From positions 1,170,551 to 1,234,550 of the forward strand of contig NW_004797283.1 of NCBI RefSeq assembly GCF_000002075.1: a DNA stretch of 64,000 nt, read 5' to 3'. Positions within the stretch are counted from its first letter, which is position 1. Each line of letters begins with the position of its first letter. The stretch is from Aplysia californica. Taxonomy: Eukaryota. The position numbers were made by a program, and so were the translations under genes. The notes beneath the pieces are model-generated. The model saw only the letters and a program-made list of their open reading frames with translations. It was not told where the DNA came from and searched no databases. Shown one piece after another: positions 62,827 through 64,000 of this stretch.

Positions 62827-63447
62827 CCATCATCACTGCCTTTCTCACCCTGCATCAGGGTAAAGGCCACTTTCCTTCTTTCCCTATCCTGACTAGTCTC
62901 TTGATATTATTCTATGTCTCCCACTTTTCTGTACATCATTCTGTGATATTGATAAACAACTGTTTTCTACACTTCCCACTAGAAACCCAATACATATGTG
63001 CATTATTGGACAAGGCATCATCATTAAATCAAAGTAAAAAATCTTGCAAATAGTATTCTGACAATCAGATGTCTTTTAGTATAATGCACTGACTCTTAAC
63101 TATAAAAGTTTCCACAACTGAAGTATAAAGATAGATCTTAAGCAGTTACTTTACTATTTATTCAGTAATTCATTACTTTCAACAAACAAGAAAGACTGAC
63201 AGCTAAGATAGCTAAAATTCTTTTTTTTTTTTAATTGATCAATTTTTAAAGGAAAACAAGAAAGTTTTTTTAAAAAACATAATGACTGCACTCCACCTTC
63301 AAGAGTCGAATCAAAGCTTTCGGAGCATCCAGTTCTAGGAAGCGCTTCTGACTGTAAGCATTGTTTGTAGCCAGAGCCTCCACAGCACTGGCAGCTTTCA
63401 CCTGCACCGTTGTGCTACGGCTGCATCGGATCAGTTCCACTAGGGGT
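49224..63447 (-). CDS. ANKAR: Ankyrin and armadillo repeat-containing protein, 3' partial (last 9 coding exons, ~529 aa; 5' end beyond the window)
   Basis: join(63297-63447,62249-62402,59905-60066,59033-59262,58525-58683,55613-55840,54434-54630,53134-53186,49224-49480); all GT-AG and frame-compatible. ARM repeats carry peptides I recognise from the ANKAR C-terminus: EQGACALWSLAG..QQKYIAE, IKVEVAISLGCVVL, LRAGMALTIFAFNN, AAFQIVVLARVI, SLAHTRAG, GYLTFN, GLPxxxLEINGG. Confidence 0.92.
50577..51689 (-). mobile_element. Non-autonomous Sola1-like DNA transposon in the last ANKAR intron
   Basis: ~31-bp TIR cgtcggccgagaattttaaccgtccaactcc (3 mismatches); 4-bp TSD ATTT (50573-50576, 51690-51693); remnant KYHLRVNGARVKVCKAFLL at ~51260-51320; subterminal acggttagaatt repeats. 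Confidence 0.7.
51915..52160 (+). mobile_element. Tc1-type transposase C-terminal remnant
   Basis: QHNN..WSAVSPDINCIQILW..PQTFNKLFECLVDEWNGVP parallels WPxxSPDLNPIExLW. Confidence 0.65.
53134..53186 (-). CDS. ANKAR: ANKAR exon (LEINGGRPVESGKPYSG)
   Basis: ggttag / A|GTAAGT; phase 2-1; LExNGG motif. Confidence 0.82.
54434..54630 (-). CDS. ANKAR: ANKAR exon (VRNGAAVTMGYLTFNK...GLPTQ-C)
   Basis: ctgcag / TG|GTCAGT; phase 0-2. Confidence 0.9.
54659..54852. mobile_element. MITE, same family, 28 nt from an ANKAR acceptor
   Basis: ta-cagtcaaaattgtctaagac..caggttcgactg. Confidence 0.7.
55613..55840 (-). CDS. ANKAR: ANKAR exon (IVVLARVIVDRDQV...DSENDL)
   Basis: cacag / GTGAGT; phase 0-0. Confidence 0.92.
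55949..56325. mobile_element. TTAA-flanked piggyBac-like MITE
   Basis: ttaa-cccctacgtgac ... gtcacaaagagg-ttaa. Confidence 0.55.
57155..57366 (-). mobile_element. SINE family B (ANKAR intron)
   Basis: Same head and body as 15304-15502. Confidence 0.75.
58525..58683 (-). CDS. ANKAR: ANKAR exon (ETQLRAGMALTIFAFNN...YAAFQ)
   Basis: ggcag / CAG|GTGATG; phase 0-0. Confidence 0.92.
59033..59262 (-). CDS. ANKAR: ANKAR exon (VAYRNNKVTQRKIAEEGGIPVLVHLL...KSKDQ)
   Basis: catcag / CAG|GTAGG; ARM repeat GGIPxLVxLL. Confidence 0.92.
59905..60066 (-). CDS. ANKAR: ANKAR exon (CMTAIALGYENMASQNKL...GILCV-G)
   Basis: T-tract cag / G|GTATGT; phase 1-1. Confidence 0.9.
62249..62402 (-). CDS. ANKAR: ANKAR exon (NVFVEVREQGACALWSLAG...LLYV-G)
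   Basis: ttttcag / G|GTTTGT; phase 0-1. Confidence 0.9.
62368..62633. repeat. 133-bp tandem duplication spanning an ANKAR intron/exon boundary
   Basis: caagcgccttgttcacgcacttcaacaaagacattctgaaaag.. at 62368 and 62501, near-identical. Confidence 0.92.
62748..62946 (-). mobile_element. RTE LINE 3' fragment (same family as 6041-6308) with expanded (GAT)n tail
   Basis: Shares tcccacttttctgtacatc and gcctttctc..catcagg..aggccac with the 6 kb copy; (CAT)n run at ~62748-62834. Confidence 0.7.
63297..63447 (-). CDS. ANKAR: ANKAR exon (PLVELIRCSRSTTVQVKAASAVEALA...IRLLK)
   Basis: cttcag / AAG|GTGGAG; ARM repeat. Confidence 0.9.
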
Positions 63448-63556
63448 CTGAAGTAATAAAACAACAGCATGTTGGGCTCATGGACTGAGAGTTTCTTACA
63501 AAGAACTGCAAGGAATATGATAATAATATGATTTTTACCATAATCTTTTAAGTATA

Positions 63557-63741
63557 CAGTCAAAATTGTCCTAGATGACTATCTATTGTCAAGGAGAAAA
63601 AGTGATTGTCTTAGACAGGGGGATGTCTTGGACAGTGTTATTTTGATAAAGAAAAAAATACAAGGGAGAAAGTGAGAAGTGGTCGTTTGTACAGTTGATT
63701 GTCCTGCATAGGACAGGTGCACATTAGAGCAGGTTCTACTG
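63557..63741. mobile_element. MITE, same family
   Basis: ta-cagtcaaaattgtc..gcaggttctactg. Confidence 0.7.
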
Positions 63742-64000
63742 TCTTTCCTTATGCCACATTTAATAACTCCAGCCAAACAAAGCTTGAACCCTAATTTTTG
63801 AAGAAACGACCAACTTTGGGGGAAATATTTTTTAATTCATCCCAGGAAAAGCTAGAAAAGCCTAACAAAAAAGACAAAAATAAAGAAATTAAGTATCATC
63901 ACAGGAACACTTCTATCAACAGAATTTAAAGCACTGACCTTTAGAACTCTGAATGCAAAAACTCAAAGAATAATGTCTGATAATAACACACACAACAGAG

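Noticed and set aside
62621-62870. Poly-Met and poly-Asp ORFs
   Set aside because: Translation of the (CAT)n microsatellite at an RTE tail.

Overview
Eukaryotic draft-assembly DNA: AT-rich, with spliceosomal introns, eight N gaps and many microsatellites. The SINE and transposon content suggests an invertebrate, probably a mollusc (inference). Two intron-rich genes lie head-to-tail on the minus strand and were reconstructed by hand from GT-AG sites and frame continuity. (1) A complete 11-exon, 276-aa DEK-C + acidic linker + SWIB/MDM2 protein of the spp27/UAF30/Tri1 family (CDS 39105->18044). (2) The last 9 coding exons (~529 aa) of ANKAR, whose 5' part lies beyond the right edge (63447->49224). 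Two possible exons of a third minus-strand gene sit at the left edge (low confidence). The rest is mostly decayed mobile DNA: two tRNA-derived SINE families (one with a Deu/Nin-type core), a short retroposon with a fixed 5' end, RTE and I/Ingi-type LINE 3' ends, and pogo, Tc1, mariner, hAT, Sola1, piggyBac-like and MULE-like elements. No CRISPR, rRNA or intact tRNA gene was seen, and no wholly new system can be claimed. The most interesting points are a MIU-like plus Arg-rich motif on its own symmetric exon in the spp27-like protein, a recursive-splice-type AG|GTAAGA exon and a duplicated splice acceptor in ANKAR, a five-element nested insertion with readable target-site duplications, and a covarying 3' hairpin shared by two retroposon families.
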